From the NCBI GenBank assembly GCA_045863335.1, contig BTVY01000015.1, forward strand, positions 21,511 through 85,510: a DNA stretch of 64,000 nt, in the 5' to 3' direction. The notes under the pieces are model-generated. The model made no database searches and was not told the origin of the DNA. It saw only the letters and a program-made list of their open reading frames with translations. Both the position numbers and the translations under genes were made by a program. The DNA comes from Candidatus Hydrogenedentota bacterium (GTDB taxonomy: Bacteria; Hydrogenedentota; Hydrogenedentia; Hydrogenedentales; SLHB01). This document shows, one piece after another, positions 30,537 through 40,322 of the stretch. Every line of letters begins with the position of its first letter. The first letter of the stretch is position 1.

Positions 30537-31387
30537 CGTAAACGATCCTCCAGCGAATCGCCGGGATCGACCTCCATATCCTCACGGACCGCCGGCGAAT
30601 CGTCAATTAGCTCTTCAAGCCCTTCAATGGGATTATCCTCAGAGGGCGGATCCGGTTCCGCGAAATGGGCTGGAGGTTCCAATTCCTCAAGCCGCTCGGT
30701 AGATTCTGACGCCTCGGAGGATTCGGGACCCGCCGCTTCCTCGACCTCATTCAGCGGAGAATCCGGATCGTCTGAGTCGTCCTCTGCCGCGGTCTCGGGC
30801 GGCGTCAAGCGCGGGGGCGAATTATCGTCATGGTCCAGTTGATCGACCGGTGTGCCCGCTTCGAAGAAACTGGTGGGCATCTGCATAGCGTCTTCCGGAA
30901 CCAGGCTGTCGAGCAATTTCCGGTGCGTCTCCAGGATCGCCATCATCTCGACGCGAAGCCGAGATCGTTGTTGTTCCAGAATATGGATATCGCGCGTGAG
31001 CGCCGTCGGAACGCGCGATACTTCGAGTTGTACTTGGGCCTTCTTCAGTCGTGCTTCTTCAAGTATCACGTGCGCCTCCCGCTTCGCGGAATCGAGCACA
31101 TCGTCGCCAAAACGTTGAGCCGACACCAGTGCATTGCGTAAGGTCGTTTCGACCTCCTTGAGATCCGCCATCGCTCTACGTTGTTCTTCGTTTTTCTCTT
31201 TCAGCACACGGATCTGCACGATAAGGTTCTCGAGGGCGTCCGCCACCTGCTCAAGAAACGCGTCCACGTCCCGGCGATCGTATCCGCCGAAGCGGCTGCG
31301 CTTGAACTGCTTGGCGAAAACATCGCTGGGGGTGATGGCGTGTTCATCGCCCAGAAGTTCTCCGACAATCTTGTCGTCTTTCCTCAT
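30533..31387 (-). CDS. DivIVA-domain protein with acidic disordered tail
   Basis: ITPSDV..KQF..S.FGGYDRRDVDAFL N-terminal motif; coiled coil LRNALVSAQ...AKREA. Confidence 0.88.
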   Translation of the reverse strand: MRKDDKIVGELLGDEHAITPSDVFAKQFKRSRFGGYDRRDVDAFLEQVADALENLIVQIRVLKEKNEEQRRAMADLKEVETTLRNALVSAQRFGDDVLDSAKREAHVILEEARLKKAQVQLEVSRVPTALTRDIHILEQQRSRLRVEMMAILETHRKLLDSLVPEDAMQMPTSFFEAGTPVDQLDHDDNSPPRLTPPETAAEDDSDDPDSPLNEVEEAAGPESSEASESTERLEELEPPAHFAEPDPPSEDNPIEGLEELIDDSPAVREDMEVDPGDSLEDRLR

Positions 31388-31427
31388 GGATATCGCTCCC
31401 TATCGGACGAAATTCTCGGACGATGAT

Positions 31428-32237
31428 TCATTGTCCCAATTCACGGGATCGCTGGACGGCCGCGGCCACCGCGGACTCCACCAGCTTGGGGAACTCGTCG
31501 CACTCGAATTGCTTCAGCGCGGCTTCGGTCGTCCCGCCCCGGGAGGTAACACGCTCACGCAAGATCGTGGCGGACTCGCCGGAATCACGCAACAACAGAC
31601 CCGCGCCAACCAGGGTTTGGCTCGCCAGGCGGTCTGCCTGATCCTTCGGCAACCCTTGGGCTACGGCCGCGCGAGACAGGCATTCCACGAGATAAAAGAA
31701 ATATGCGGGGCCGCTGCCGCTCAGGGCGGTGACCGCATCAATCAGCGATTCCGGAACCTGCTCAGAGACTCCGATGGACCGGAAGATCGCATGGGCGGTC
31801 TCCACGTCCGCAGCCTTACAATTCGGGCTCGGCGCGATGCCGGTGGCGCCGGCGCCGACGAGCGCAGGTGTGTTGGGCATCACGCGCACGACGCGGAACT
31901 CGGCTCCGAGCCGTTCCTGGAGGTACCCGATGGAAATGCCGGCGGCGATAGAAACGACCAGCGTGGCCGGCTTCAACACGGTCTGAATCTCCGTCACCGC
32001 TTCATCCATGCTCTGGGGTTTCACGGCCAGCACGAGCGTATCGCAGGCGCGCGCGAGATCTTCCGCGCTTCTAGTCACCCGGAGTCCCATGACTTCCGCG
32101 TGAGCGCATTTTTCGGAATCGACGTCGTAGGCGGCAAGGTGCTTTGCCGTGGTCGCCCCGTTTTCCAGCAACCCTCCGGCGATGGCGCGCCCCATATTGC
32201 CGAAGCCCAAGAACCCCAGAGTTCCACGAACTGACAC
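31428..32237 (-). CDS. proC: Pyrroline-5-carboxylate reductase
   Basis: GFGNMG, LAVKPQ, SIAAG, RVMPNTP, ALSGSGPAY, VTSRGGTT. Confidence 0.96.
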   Translation of the reverse strand: MSVRGTLGFLGFGNMGRAIAGGLLENGATTAKHLAAYDVDSEKCAHAEVMGLRVTRSAEDLARACDTLVLAVKPQSMDEAVTEIQTVLKPATLVVSIAAGISIGYLQERLGAEFRVVRVMPNTPALVGAGATGIAPSPNCKAADVETAHAIFRSIGVSEQVPESLIDAVTALSGSGPAYFFYLVECLSRAAVAQGLPKDQADRLASQTLVGAGLLLRDSGESATILRERVTSRGGTTEAALKQFECDEFPKLVESAVAAAVQRSRELGQ

Positions 32238-32267
32238 GAACCCTACTCCTTTCGCGTATCCGGCGCG

Positions 32268-32756
32268 CTAGCGGCTCCGGTTCTCAAGTTCCAGAATCAT
32301 TGCGACGGACTCGCAGTGGAGAAATCGATGGCACTGAATGCAATCACGCTCGACCTTGTGCGGAAGTTCGTACCGGTCAATCTCGCGGAACCTGTGCCGC
32401 TCGAAGAAGCGGGCGTTCCGGCTGAGCGCGTAGACGCGGGAAGCGCCTTGACGGCGCGCGTCTTCCACGCACGCGTTCAGGAGATGAGCGCCTACGTGTT
32501 TGCCCCGCAAATCCTCGCGAACCACCAGGGACCAGACTTCGGCAAGGTCTGGGGAATCGAGGCGCACTGCGCAACAGCCCCCGACGCCGAGCTCGTCCAC
32601 GTATACGAAGAACTGGGACAAGTTGTCATGCAGCTCCTGATGCGTTCGAGGCAACAGCAGCCCCTCCGCTACGGCGCGGTCGATTAGAACCTTCATCCCC
32701 GGAACTTCCGAGGCGAGGGGTCTCCGAACGTTATCTAAACCTAGCGCGTCTGCCAT
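32268..32756 (-). CDS. GNAT N-acetyltransferase, short ArgA (N-acetylglutamate synthase)-like
   Basis: LLLPR, LAEVWSLVV, RGKHVG, FF...F, LPHKV..DC..C....C. Confidence 0.75.
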   Translation of the reverse strand: MADALGLDNVRRPLASEVPGMKVLIDRAVAEGLLLPRTHQELHDNLSQFFVYVDELGVGGCCAVRLDSPDLAEVWSLVVREDLRGKHVGAHLLNACVEDARRQGASRVYALSRNARFFERHRFREIDRYELPHKVERDCIQCHRFLHCESVAMILELENRSR

Positions 32757-33072
32757 TTCTCCGTCGTAGCCAAGTGGATAATTCGAGAGTACACTCGTGA
32801 AACACCCGCTTCACAACGCGTGCAGCCTGGGAGTTTGCGGTAGTGTACCACAGGCCGTGAGTCCATTCGACCAGCAGCACGGAATACGCCGGACGAGCGT
32901 TCTGCGGCGATGCGCAACTTTGAATCCGCGAGTTGGTCTAGCCAATAATCCGCGCGAGGCAGGTCCAAAGCTTGTTGCGGGTGTCTGGGCGGATTCTCTC
33001 CGCTTTGCTCGAGATTTCGTGCCCGGCCGAGCCAGATAAGGGAAACGTGTCCGTTTCGGGAGTGTGAAGCCC

Positions 33073-34722
33073 ATGACTGGCCAAGCATCGACGACAGATC
33101 AATCCGCGCGGCCCCATACCTGGCGGGTGGATGCCGGACTGCTCGTCATCGCCCTGATCGTGGCAACGGCCCTGCGCCTCCACAAATTGGATGCCGGGCT
33201 CTGGCTCGACGAGGTGCTGACCTACCAAGGGGCCAACCAGTCCCTGGGCGAGGCCTACCTGCACCGCACGCAATTCCTGTACTACGTGCTCGCCCATTTC
33301 GCGCTTCAAGTTCGCGACACCGAGGTGATGCTTCGCCTGCCCAGCGTTCTGGCCGGGCTTGCGGGTGTCGTCGCTCTATACGGGCTCACGCGCAAGGCCT
33401 GGGGAACTGCGGCGGCCTTTCTGGCGGCCATGTTGCTGGCCATCTCGCCATACCATATCGACAAGAGTCAGGAAGCGCGCTTCTACGCTTTTGTGATACT
33501 CGCGAACATCCTGATGGTCTGGAGCATGTGGAACGCCTTGGCGACCGGCCGCGCGAGGCATTGGATCGTCTTCGTCTTGGCCGCGAATCTGGGGGTCGCC
33601 TCGCAGTTTACCGTGATTCCGTATGTGGCGGCGCTGGGGGTGGCAGGCGGTTGCTGGTTGCTCGTCTTCGCAAACGGACTGCCCTGGCGCGATCGCTCCC
33701 GGCGAGCGCTTCACCTCGGATTGGCTTGCGCGGCCGCGTCGCTGAGTGTATTCACCAGTATCCTCGCGCGCGGGACGTTTCCGTTCCTGCTCGCGCGAGG
33801 CACGCAGACCGACACCACCTCCGCAGAGACGCTTGCCTATGTAAACGCGTACCGACTGAGCCCCGGAGAGTATCTGGAGTTTCTTCATTCCTACGTGCCG
33901 CGCTATTGGACGCCGATGGGTTACCTCTTTCTTGCGCTGATCGCCTTGGGCGCCGTGGTGCTGGCAAAGCGCACGCCGGTACTGGCGTTCCTGATGGCCG
34001 CACAAGTAGTCCTCGTTCCGATACCGTTGTTTCTGGTAAACGTACATCACTGGTACCATGAGCGATACTTCAGTTGCGTGTATCCGTTTGTTCCCCTGCT
34101 GCTCGCAGTCGCCAGCGTCTTCTTGGCAGACCGTTTCGCGCAAATCGTCCTGCGTGTTGCGAGTCCCAAACTGCGGATTTCAACGTCTTTTCCGGTCGTC
34201 GCGCGCGCATCGATCGTTCTGCTGTTTCTCGCAGCCTACATGAAAATCTCCTACGGTCTGCTCCTGTATCACTACACGGAGGGTAGAGCCCATGACTGGC
34301 GGGCGGTGGTGGAGTTCCTGGCGCCGCGCCTGGCGGACGGGGATACCATTGCGGTCGCGGGCCCCGCAACCTATGCGACGCAGCACCTCCCAAAGGATCG
34401 GCAGGTATTTCCCGAATCACACGCCGCGTTGGAGTATTACCTTGAGCGGACACTTCCGAAGGGCAAATCGAAAACTGTGCATATTGTCGGCGCCGGCTCG
34501 AGTAATCAGATCGAGGAACTGCGCTCCGGGAATCATTCGGGGCGGCTATATCTCGTTATCGAATCGTGCCGTGAGCCGGAACGCGCGCCTCACAGCGATC
34601 TGGCGAAACTTCCCACGCGTGACCTGTTCCAGACCAATGGTCTCGATGTGTTTCAGGTGGATCTGTCCTCCGTCCACGGTCGCGAGTGCGCGCATGTTCC
34701 CTCGCCGGCCCCTGCGCAGTAG
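33073..34722 (+). CDS. GT-C / GT39 (PMT-like) membrane glycosyltransferase
   Basis: LRLHKL..GLWLDE, LRLPSVLAG, SQEARFYA, HERY; about 10-12 TM segments. Confidence 0.82.
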   Translation: MTGQASTTDQSARPHTWRVDAGLLVIALIVATALRLHKLDAGLWLDEVLTYQGANQSLGEAYLHRTQFLYYVLAHFALQVRDTEVMLRLPSVLAGLAGVVALYGLTRKAWGTAAAFLAAMLLAISPYHIDKSQEARFYAFVILANILMVWSMWNALATGRARHWIVFVLAANLGVASQFTVIPYVAALGVAGGCWLLVFANGLPWRDRSRRALHLGLACAAASLSVFTSILARGTFPFLLARGTQTDTTSAETLAYVNAYRLSPGEYLEFLHSYVPRYWTPMGYLFLALIALGAVVLAKRTPVLAFLMAAQVVLVPIPLFLVNVHHWYHERYFSCVYPFVPLLLAVASVFLADRFAQIVLRVASPKLRISTSFPVVARASIVLLFLAAYMKISYGLLLYHYTEGRAHDWRAVVEFLAPRLADGDTIAVAGPATYATQHLPKDRQVFPESHAALEYYLERTLPKGKSKTVHIVGAGSSNQIEELRSGNHSGRLYLVIESCREPERAPHSDLAKLPTRDLFQTNGLDVFQVDLSSVHGRECAHVPSPAPAQ

Positions 34723-34807
34723 CGTAGAAGAACGACGACAGTTGTTCCCATGCGCGCCTCGCGTTACGATTCCAGTTTGAGAGGGAATAGTCACAATGGA
34801 CGACGAT

Positions 34808-34922
34808 AAGGAGCATGGGCGTCCCGCCCGTGAACCGGTAGACTCAAGAAACGCCAACGGCAAAGACGTGCCCAGCTCTGAAGAAATCGTAGAGCTACAC
34901 GGGCGGGACGTCCATGCTCCTT
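34808..34922. repeat. REPIN-like element: 25-bp inverted arms AAGGAGCATGGGCGTCCCGCCCGTG / CACGGGCGGGACGTCCATGCTCCTT
   Basis: Arms at 34808-34832 and 34898-34922 with one mismatch, around a 65-bp spacer. Confidence 0.8.
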
Positions 34923-34984
34923 GGACGGCTGGGCTTACCGTAACCCGTGTGCAGTAGAGGCGCCGGCTTTGGTACGCTGGGATT

Positions 34985-37051
34985 ATGCTTATCAATTCTG
35001 CAAGACGATTCACAAACCGTGGCGCTTCCCTGACGTGCGGGTTCGCACTGATGACATTGACCGGATTGGCGTTCGGCGAACCGACGCCGCGCCCCCACAT
35101 GTTTGTCAGCGCCGACCCCGCGCCGGGGCTTCGGACCCTGGACGAAGTGCGGGAAGGCATCCGCGAAGGGCACGCCGCGCGCCTGTGGGCAATGTTGCTC
35201 GAGAAAGTCGAGCGCGAGATGTTGGAAGAGGCTTGGACACCCGCGTCCGCATTGCCCGGCAGAAGCGAAGTCCAGATCAAACACGAGAATCGCGATTTCA
35301 CCATCGTCGCCATGACGGCGAATCGGATTCTCGATGCGTCTCTCGCTTCGCTCATCACGGGAGACCGGCGCTATACCGACGCGGCGCTGAAGCAACTCGA
35401 CGCGCTGTTCGACCCGGAGCGGTGGCCAGACTGGGAGGACAAGGCCCACATCGAAGTGGGGCGTATCGCCGATTTGCGGCACGGGCAACTCGCGTTCGCA
35501 GTGGGCGTGTCCTACGACTGGCTCTACACGGCCCTGAAGCCTGAGGAACGGCAGCGTATCGTGGAAGGACTCGACCGTTGCGCTATTCAGCGATTCAAAG
35601 CGGCCGTGGAGGCCAACGAAAATTGGACCCGCAATCGAACCAACTGGATGACGGTCATCGTGGGCGGATTCGGGATCGCGGGCATGGCGTTGGCAGAGGA
35701 TCATCGCGATAGTGAATTCATGGTCGAGTTCGCCCGGCCGCGCATGGAAAGCTATCTTGAAGTGCTCGGAGCAGAGGGCGAGTTCAACGAGAGCGTGCAG
35801 TACGCGGGGTCCATGCTGTTTCTCGTGCGCTACTTCACGGCGGTGCGTTACGCCAGCGGCGGCCGCGACAATCCATTTGAACGCCATTCCCTGGCAGCGT
35901 TTTGCCGCTGGTATCAATACATGACCATTCCGCCGGGGCGGGTCGCGGGATTCGGCGATCCCGGCGCTGCCATGCCGCCCGTGGTGAATTACATGAGCGC
36001 CGTTGCCGCAGCCACACAGGACCCGATGCTGCAATGGTTCTACCTGCAGTATTGCGACATCATGTCGGAAACGCACCGCGATCTTGCCATGGAACTGCTG
36101 TATTTCGACGCGAGCCTCAAGGCCGTGTCTCCCGAAGGACGCCTGCCGCTGGGCAGGGCCTACCACGACGAAGGCAAGCTCATCAGCAGCCGAAGCAGTT
36201 GGGACCCCCAATCCACCACGTCCGTGGTGTATGCGAAGGCCGACCGCGAAAGTACGCACAACCACGCGGACTGGGGCCAGGTGTGTATCGATGGGTACGG
36301 CGAAAGGCTGGTGGTCGATCTTGGGGCACCACCGGGCTACCCCAAGAGTCACAAGGAGCGGTTCTACAACTACCAGCAATGGGGTCACAACATTTTCGTC
36401 TTCGGCATGAACGAGACCGGCGGCGTGCCGTGGCAGGAACAGAAGCGCGAGGGGGTCATTCTGTGGGCCGAGTTTGACGACGCGCGCGGCGGCGCATGGG
36501 CGATGGACCTGACGGCCGTTTACGACGAGGCAGAATCGGTAACCCGGACCGTGGTTCATTTGTTGCCTCGAATTGCGGTCGTCGTGGACGATGCGTCGCT
36601 ACAAGTAAAATCGCCGATCAACATGCGCTGGCATCTTGCGGAATCCACAGAGCCTGACGAAGCGGGCCGTTTCCGAATCGCGACCGACGATGCGGCGCTG
36701 GCAGGACTCGTGTCTCGCGTGGATGGACCCGCCGAGGTAGGTACGGGACGCCACGCCTATGAGGAGCCGTACAGCCGCGACCGGATGGGCGAACCGTATC
36801 CGCAGCAGCACGAACCATTCGTAGAAATCAAGACGGAGGACACGGCGTGCCGAGTCGTGTCCTTGTTCTGCATTCAAGAGCTGGATGGCTCGGCGCAGTC
36901 GTGGACGATGCATGAGGGCGGCTGGGCGATTGAAACGCCCGAGGGCCTCGTGCGCGTAACGATAGATGACGATCTCTTGCGCGTGGAATTCGCGGATTCA
37001 GAGAAGGGCTGGTCCGTTCCTGTCGGCCGGCGAGATGACGGCACGCCATGA
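34985..37051 (+). CDS. Secreted heparinase II/III-like polysaccharide lyase
   Basis: Signal peptide; alpha-toroid YDWLY, TNW, E...Y; F.D; SRSSW, H.HAD.G, HN in the beta domain. Confidence 0.72.
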   Translation: MLINSARRFTNRGASLTCGFALMTLTGLAFGEPTPRPHMFVSADPAPGLRTLDEVREGIREGHAARLWAMLLEKVEREMLEEAWTPASALPGRSEVQIKHENRDFTIVAMTANRILDASLASLITGDRRYTDAALKQLDALFDPERWPDWEDKAHIEVGRIADLRHGQLAFAVGVSYDWLYTALKPEERQRIVEGLDRCAIQRFKAAVEANENWTRNRTNWMTVIVGGFGIAGMALAEDHRDSEFMVEFARPRMESYLEVLGAEGEFNESVQYAGSMLFLVRYFTAVRYASGGRDNPFERHSLAAFCRWYQYMTIPPGRVAGFGDPGAAMPPVVNYMSAVAAATQDPMLQWFYLQYCDIMSETHRDLAMELLYFDASLKAVSPEGRLPLGRAYHDEGKLISSRSSWDPQSTTSVVYAKADRESTHNHADWGQVCIDGYGERLVVDLGAPPGYPKSHKERFYNYQQWGHNIFVFGMNETGGVPWQEQKREGVILWAEFDDARGGAWAMDLTAVYDEAESVTRTVVHLLPRIAVVVDDASLQVKSPINMRWHLAESTEPDEAGRFRIATDDAALAGLVSRVDGPAEVGTGRHAYEEPYSRDRMGEPYPQQHEPFVEIKTEDTACRVVSLFCIQELDGSAQSWTMHEGGWAIETPEGLVRVTIDDDLLRVEFADSEKGWSVPVGRRDDGTP

Positions 37052-38040
37052 ACGGTATGCGCGCAGTACCATGGATCCTCTCGTTCGCGATGCTGACGGC
37101 GTCCGCGTTCGGCGACCGCATCGCCGAGGCGCGCCTGTCGTCAGATAAGCAGGAGCACGATCCTGTTTTCATCTACGAGCGGGTCTCGGGATCGTTCTTC
37201 GTGGAGAACATCGGCGCCGATCCGTTCCGTATCGCCAATGTTAAGTCCACCTGCGCCTGTACGACCGCAATCCGCACGAAGGGAACTGTCGCCCCTGGGG
37301 AACGGGCGGAGATCCAGTACGAGATGGAGTCCGCCGCGCCCTTGCGGCGCTCGGTCAGTATCTTCGTCGAGACCAATCCGCCTCTAGAAGAGCCGCTCCG
37401 CTTCATCGCCTCCGGGACCTGGAAACCAGTAATCGAAATGGACGAACCTCTACTGACGATTCACGCGCACTTCGGTGACGCATTTTCACACACGGTGCCG
37501 CTGCAGGCCGCGGAAGGGGTGGGCGCGCTCCGCATTCTCGACGCCACCACGCGCCAGGATTGGGTGGATCTGGATCTCGCGCGCGCTGGTGATACCTCGC
37601 TTCCGGAATTGGTCATTCGTTCCAGGGGGCCAATCCAGCCGGGGAGTCATAAGCTGGGCGTCGATGTGAGCTTCGAGGCAAACGTGGCCGGCAAACAGAG
37701 CCTGAGGTTCAACGTCGAAGTTCAGTCCGATTTCTCGGTCAATCCCACCCCACTGACCATTCAACTGAATCCGGAGTCACTGCAAACGACGGTGGAGTTC
37801 GTGGTCCGGAGCAAGCGCGGTGAGCGGTTTGTGATTCAGGGGATTCAGGCCGAACGGATCGAAATTGCCGCGTCGGACTTCCCGAAAATGCCGAGCGCTT
37901 CCCATCGCGTGCAGGTTACCATTCACCCGGCGGACGGGCCCGTTCCGCGGCGGGGTCGTCTTCTAATCGATCTCGGCGAGAACCGGGGAATTCTTCCCGT
38001 CGAAGTCTACTTGTTGCGGCCAAGCGCCCCAACGCGGTAA
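37048..38040 (+). CDS. DUF1573-like Ig-domain secreted protein
   Basis: F...N.G..P..I..VKSTCACT...VAPGE motif; signal peptide; ATGA overlap with the lyase gene. Confidence 0.7.
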   Translation: MNGMRAVPWILSFAMLTASAFGDRIAEARLSSDKQEHDPVFIYERVSGSFFVENIGADPFRIANVKSTCACTTAIRTKGTVAPGERAEIQYEMESAAPLRRSVSIFVETNPPLEEPLRFIASGTWKPVIEMDEPLLTIHAHFGDAFSHTVPLQAAEGVGALRILDATTRQDWVDLDLARAGDTSLPELVIRSRGPIQPGSHKLGVDVSFEANVAGKQSLRFNVEVQSDFSVNPTPLTIQLNPESLQTTVEFVVRSKRGERFVIQGIQAERIEIAASDFPKMPSASHRVQVTIHPADGPVPRRGRLLIDLGENRGILPVEVYLLRPSAPTR

Positions 38041-38164
38041 CACTCGCGGGGGGTAGCGCCTTTGGGCATTCCCGGGCCTCATCTGGTATCATTACGCCCT
38101 GCTATTTGCGCGCATCCCGATGCGCCGGGGTTTCGCGGAGTATCCGCAAGGAGTTACGGGGACT

Positions 38165-39835
38165 ATGGCACGAAAATACGTTATCGGGCTGGATTACGGA
38201 ACGGAGTCGGGCCGGGCTTTGCTGGTCGCGGTGGACAATGGCGAGGAGGTCGCGACCGCCGTGGAACCCTACCGCGACGGCGTAATCGATGATACCCTTC
38301 CCGGCACCGGCGAAAAGCTTCCACCCGACTGGGCCCTACAGAACCCCCGCGACTATCTCCACGTGCTCGAAACGGTCGTACCCAAGGTGTTGAAGGAGTC
38401 CGGTGTCAGCGGCGACGACGTTATTGGAATCGGCACCGATTTTACGGCTTGTACGATGCTGCCGATCGATGCGAAGGGCACGCCCCTTTGCATGAAGCCG
38501 GAGTTCGAAAAGAACCCCCACGCGTGGGTCAAGCTGTGGAAGCATCACGGCGCGCAGCCCGAGGCGGACCGGATCAACGAGCTTGCGGAAAAACGCGGTG
38601 AGGATTTCCTCGCGCGTTACGGCGGGAAGATTTCGAGCGAATGGTTTTTTCCCAAGGCGCTGCAGATTCTTGACGAAGCGCCGGAGATTTACGAGGTGGC
38701 GGACAAGCTCATCGAGGCGGGCGACTGGCTCGTGCTGCAATTGTGCGGCGAGGAAAAGCGCAACGCCTGCGCCGCAGGATACAAGGCCATCTGGGACGAG
38801 GGGTACCTGAGCCCGGACTTCTTCAAAGCCCTCGATCCGCGGTTCGAAAACGTTGTCAAAGACAAGATGAGTGAAGCCATCTATCCCGTGGGCGTGCGCG
38901 CGGGTGGACTGCTGCCGGAAATGGCACAGAAGCTCGGCCTGAAGGAAGGCACCGCTGTGGCCACGGGCGGTATCGATGCGCACGTTGCCGTACCGGCAAC
39001 CGCCGCCACGGAAGCGGGTCAGATGGTCATGATCATGGGCACCAGTTTGTGCCACATGGTCTGCGGCACGGAGAAGAAGGTCGTCGAGGGGATGTGCGGC
39101 GTCGTCAAAGAAGGCATCCTTCCCGGGTACTACGGCTTTGAAGCAGGACAGACCGCCGTTGGCGACATCTTCGCGTGGTTCGTGAACAACTGCGTTCCCG
39201 CGTCGGTGGCGGAAGCCGCCGCGAAAGCCGGTACGGATATCCATGGGTACCTCGCGCAGGAAGCGCAGAAGCTGAAGCCCGGCGAATCGGGCGTGCTGTG
39301 TCTCGATTGGTGGAACGGCAACCGTTCCATCCTCGTGGACGCGGACCTTTCCGGATTGATGATCGGCATGACCCTTACCACCACACCGGCCGAGATGTAC
39401 CGCGCTGTGCTGGAAAGCACCGCGTTTGGGACGTACACGATCATCCGGCAACTGGAGAACGGCGGCGTGCCCATCTCCGAGCTATACGCCTGCGGCGGTC
39501 TTCCGGGCAAGAACCCCTTGCTGATGCAGATCTTCGCGGATGTCACAAACCGAGAAATCAAGATCAGCGCCAGCGATCAGACGGTGGCCTTGGGCTCGGC
39601 CATGTGGGGTGCAGTCGCGGCCGGTTCTGCCGCGGGCGGCTACGACGACGTCACCGAGGCTGCGAAGAAGATGGCGCGGCTGCGGGACACCGTCTACCGG
39701 CCCGATGCGGATGCCCACGCCGCATACGAGAAGCTGTACGCGGTCTACCTCCGGTTGCATGACCTCTTTGGGCGGGGAGGGGACCGGGCCATGAAAGAGT
39801 TAAAATCGTTGAAAGCCGTCGCACGCGGCCAATAG
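38165..39835 (+). CDS. araB: Ribulokinase (FGGY family)
   Basis: IGLDYGTESGRA, ALQNPRDY, GTDFTACT, KLWKHH, YGGKISSEW, GTSLCH, LDWWNGNRS. Confidence 0.92.
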   Translation: MARKYVIGLDYGTESGRALLVAVDNGEEVATAVEPYRDGVIDDTLPGTGEKLPPDWALQNPRDYLHVLETVVPKVLKESGVSGDDVIGIGTDFTACTMLPIDAKGTPLCMKPEFEKNPHAWVKLWKHHGAQPEADRINELAEKRGEDFLARYGGKISSEWFFPKALQILDEAPEIYEVADKLIEAGDWLVLQLCGEEKRNACAAGYKAIWDEGYLSPDFFKALDPRFENVVKDKMSEAIYPVGVRAGGLLPEMAQKLGLKEGTAVATGGIDAHVAVPATAATEAGQMVMIMGTSLCHMVCGTEKKVVEGMCGVVKEGILPGYYGFEAGQTAVGDIFAWFVNNCVPASVAEAAAKAGTDIHGYLAQEAQKLKPGESGVLCLDWWNGNRSILVDADLSGLMIGMTLTTTPAEMYRAVLESTAFGTYTIIRQLENGGVPISELYACGGLPGKNPLLMQIFADVTNREIKISASDQTVALGSAMWGAVAAGSAAGGYDDVTEAAKKMARLRDTVYRPDADAHAAYEKLYAVYLRLHDLFGRGGDRAMKELKSLKAVARGQ

Positions 39836-39871
39836 ACTTATGGATGTAGCTTGGAAACGCTGGAGCCGATC

Positions 39872-40276
39872 ATGACGATTGAATGGAACGAGGAACGGTT
39901 TGCAACGGGCATCGAGGAAATCGACGAGCAGCACAAGGAATTGTTCCGGCAGATCAATCGTTTGACGGACTCGCTGGAGCGCAATCCCAACGGCAAGGCC
40001 GAAGCCGGGAACTTCTTGTACTTTCTGGAAGATTATGTCAAAACGCACTTCGGCTGCGAAGAAGGGATCATGGAGCGGACCCATTGCGCGGCCTGCCCGC
40101 GCAACGCAAAGGAACACGGACATTTTCTGAAGGCCTTTCAGGAGATTCGCCACACCTTCGATCGCGAGGGTATCAGCCCGAGCTTCGTCCAGCGGATCCA
40201 CAAGGAAGTGGTGGATTGGATCCAGGGGCACATCGCCAACGTCGATGTCGAACTTCGTACGGTCGCCACGCAATAA
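39872..40276 (+). CDS. Bacteriohemerythrin-like protein
   Basis: W....ATGIEEIDEQHK, HF..EE, EH, W...HI...D. Confidence 0.88.
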   Translation: MTIEWNEERFATGIEEIDEQHKELFRQINRLTDSLERNPNGKAEAGNFLYFLEDYVKTHFGCEEGIMERTHCAACPRNAKEHGHFLKAFQEIRHTFDREGISPSFVQRIHKEVVDWIQGHIANVDVELRTVATQ

Positions 40277-40322
40277 CGCTTTTCCGCAGTCCACAGCCTA
40301 CCCCTAGACCATGGAGCATAGC

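Noticed and set aside
34796-34960. Short ATG ORF with a purine-rich upstream sequence between the GT39 and lyase genes
   Set aside because: Runs through the REPIN-like arms; no protein-like features
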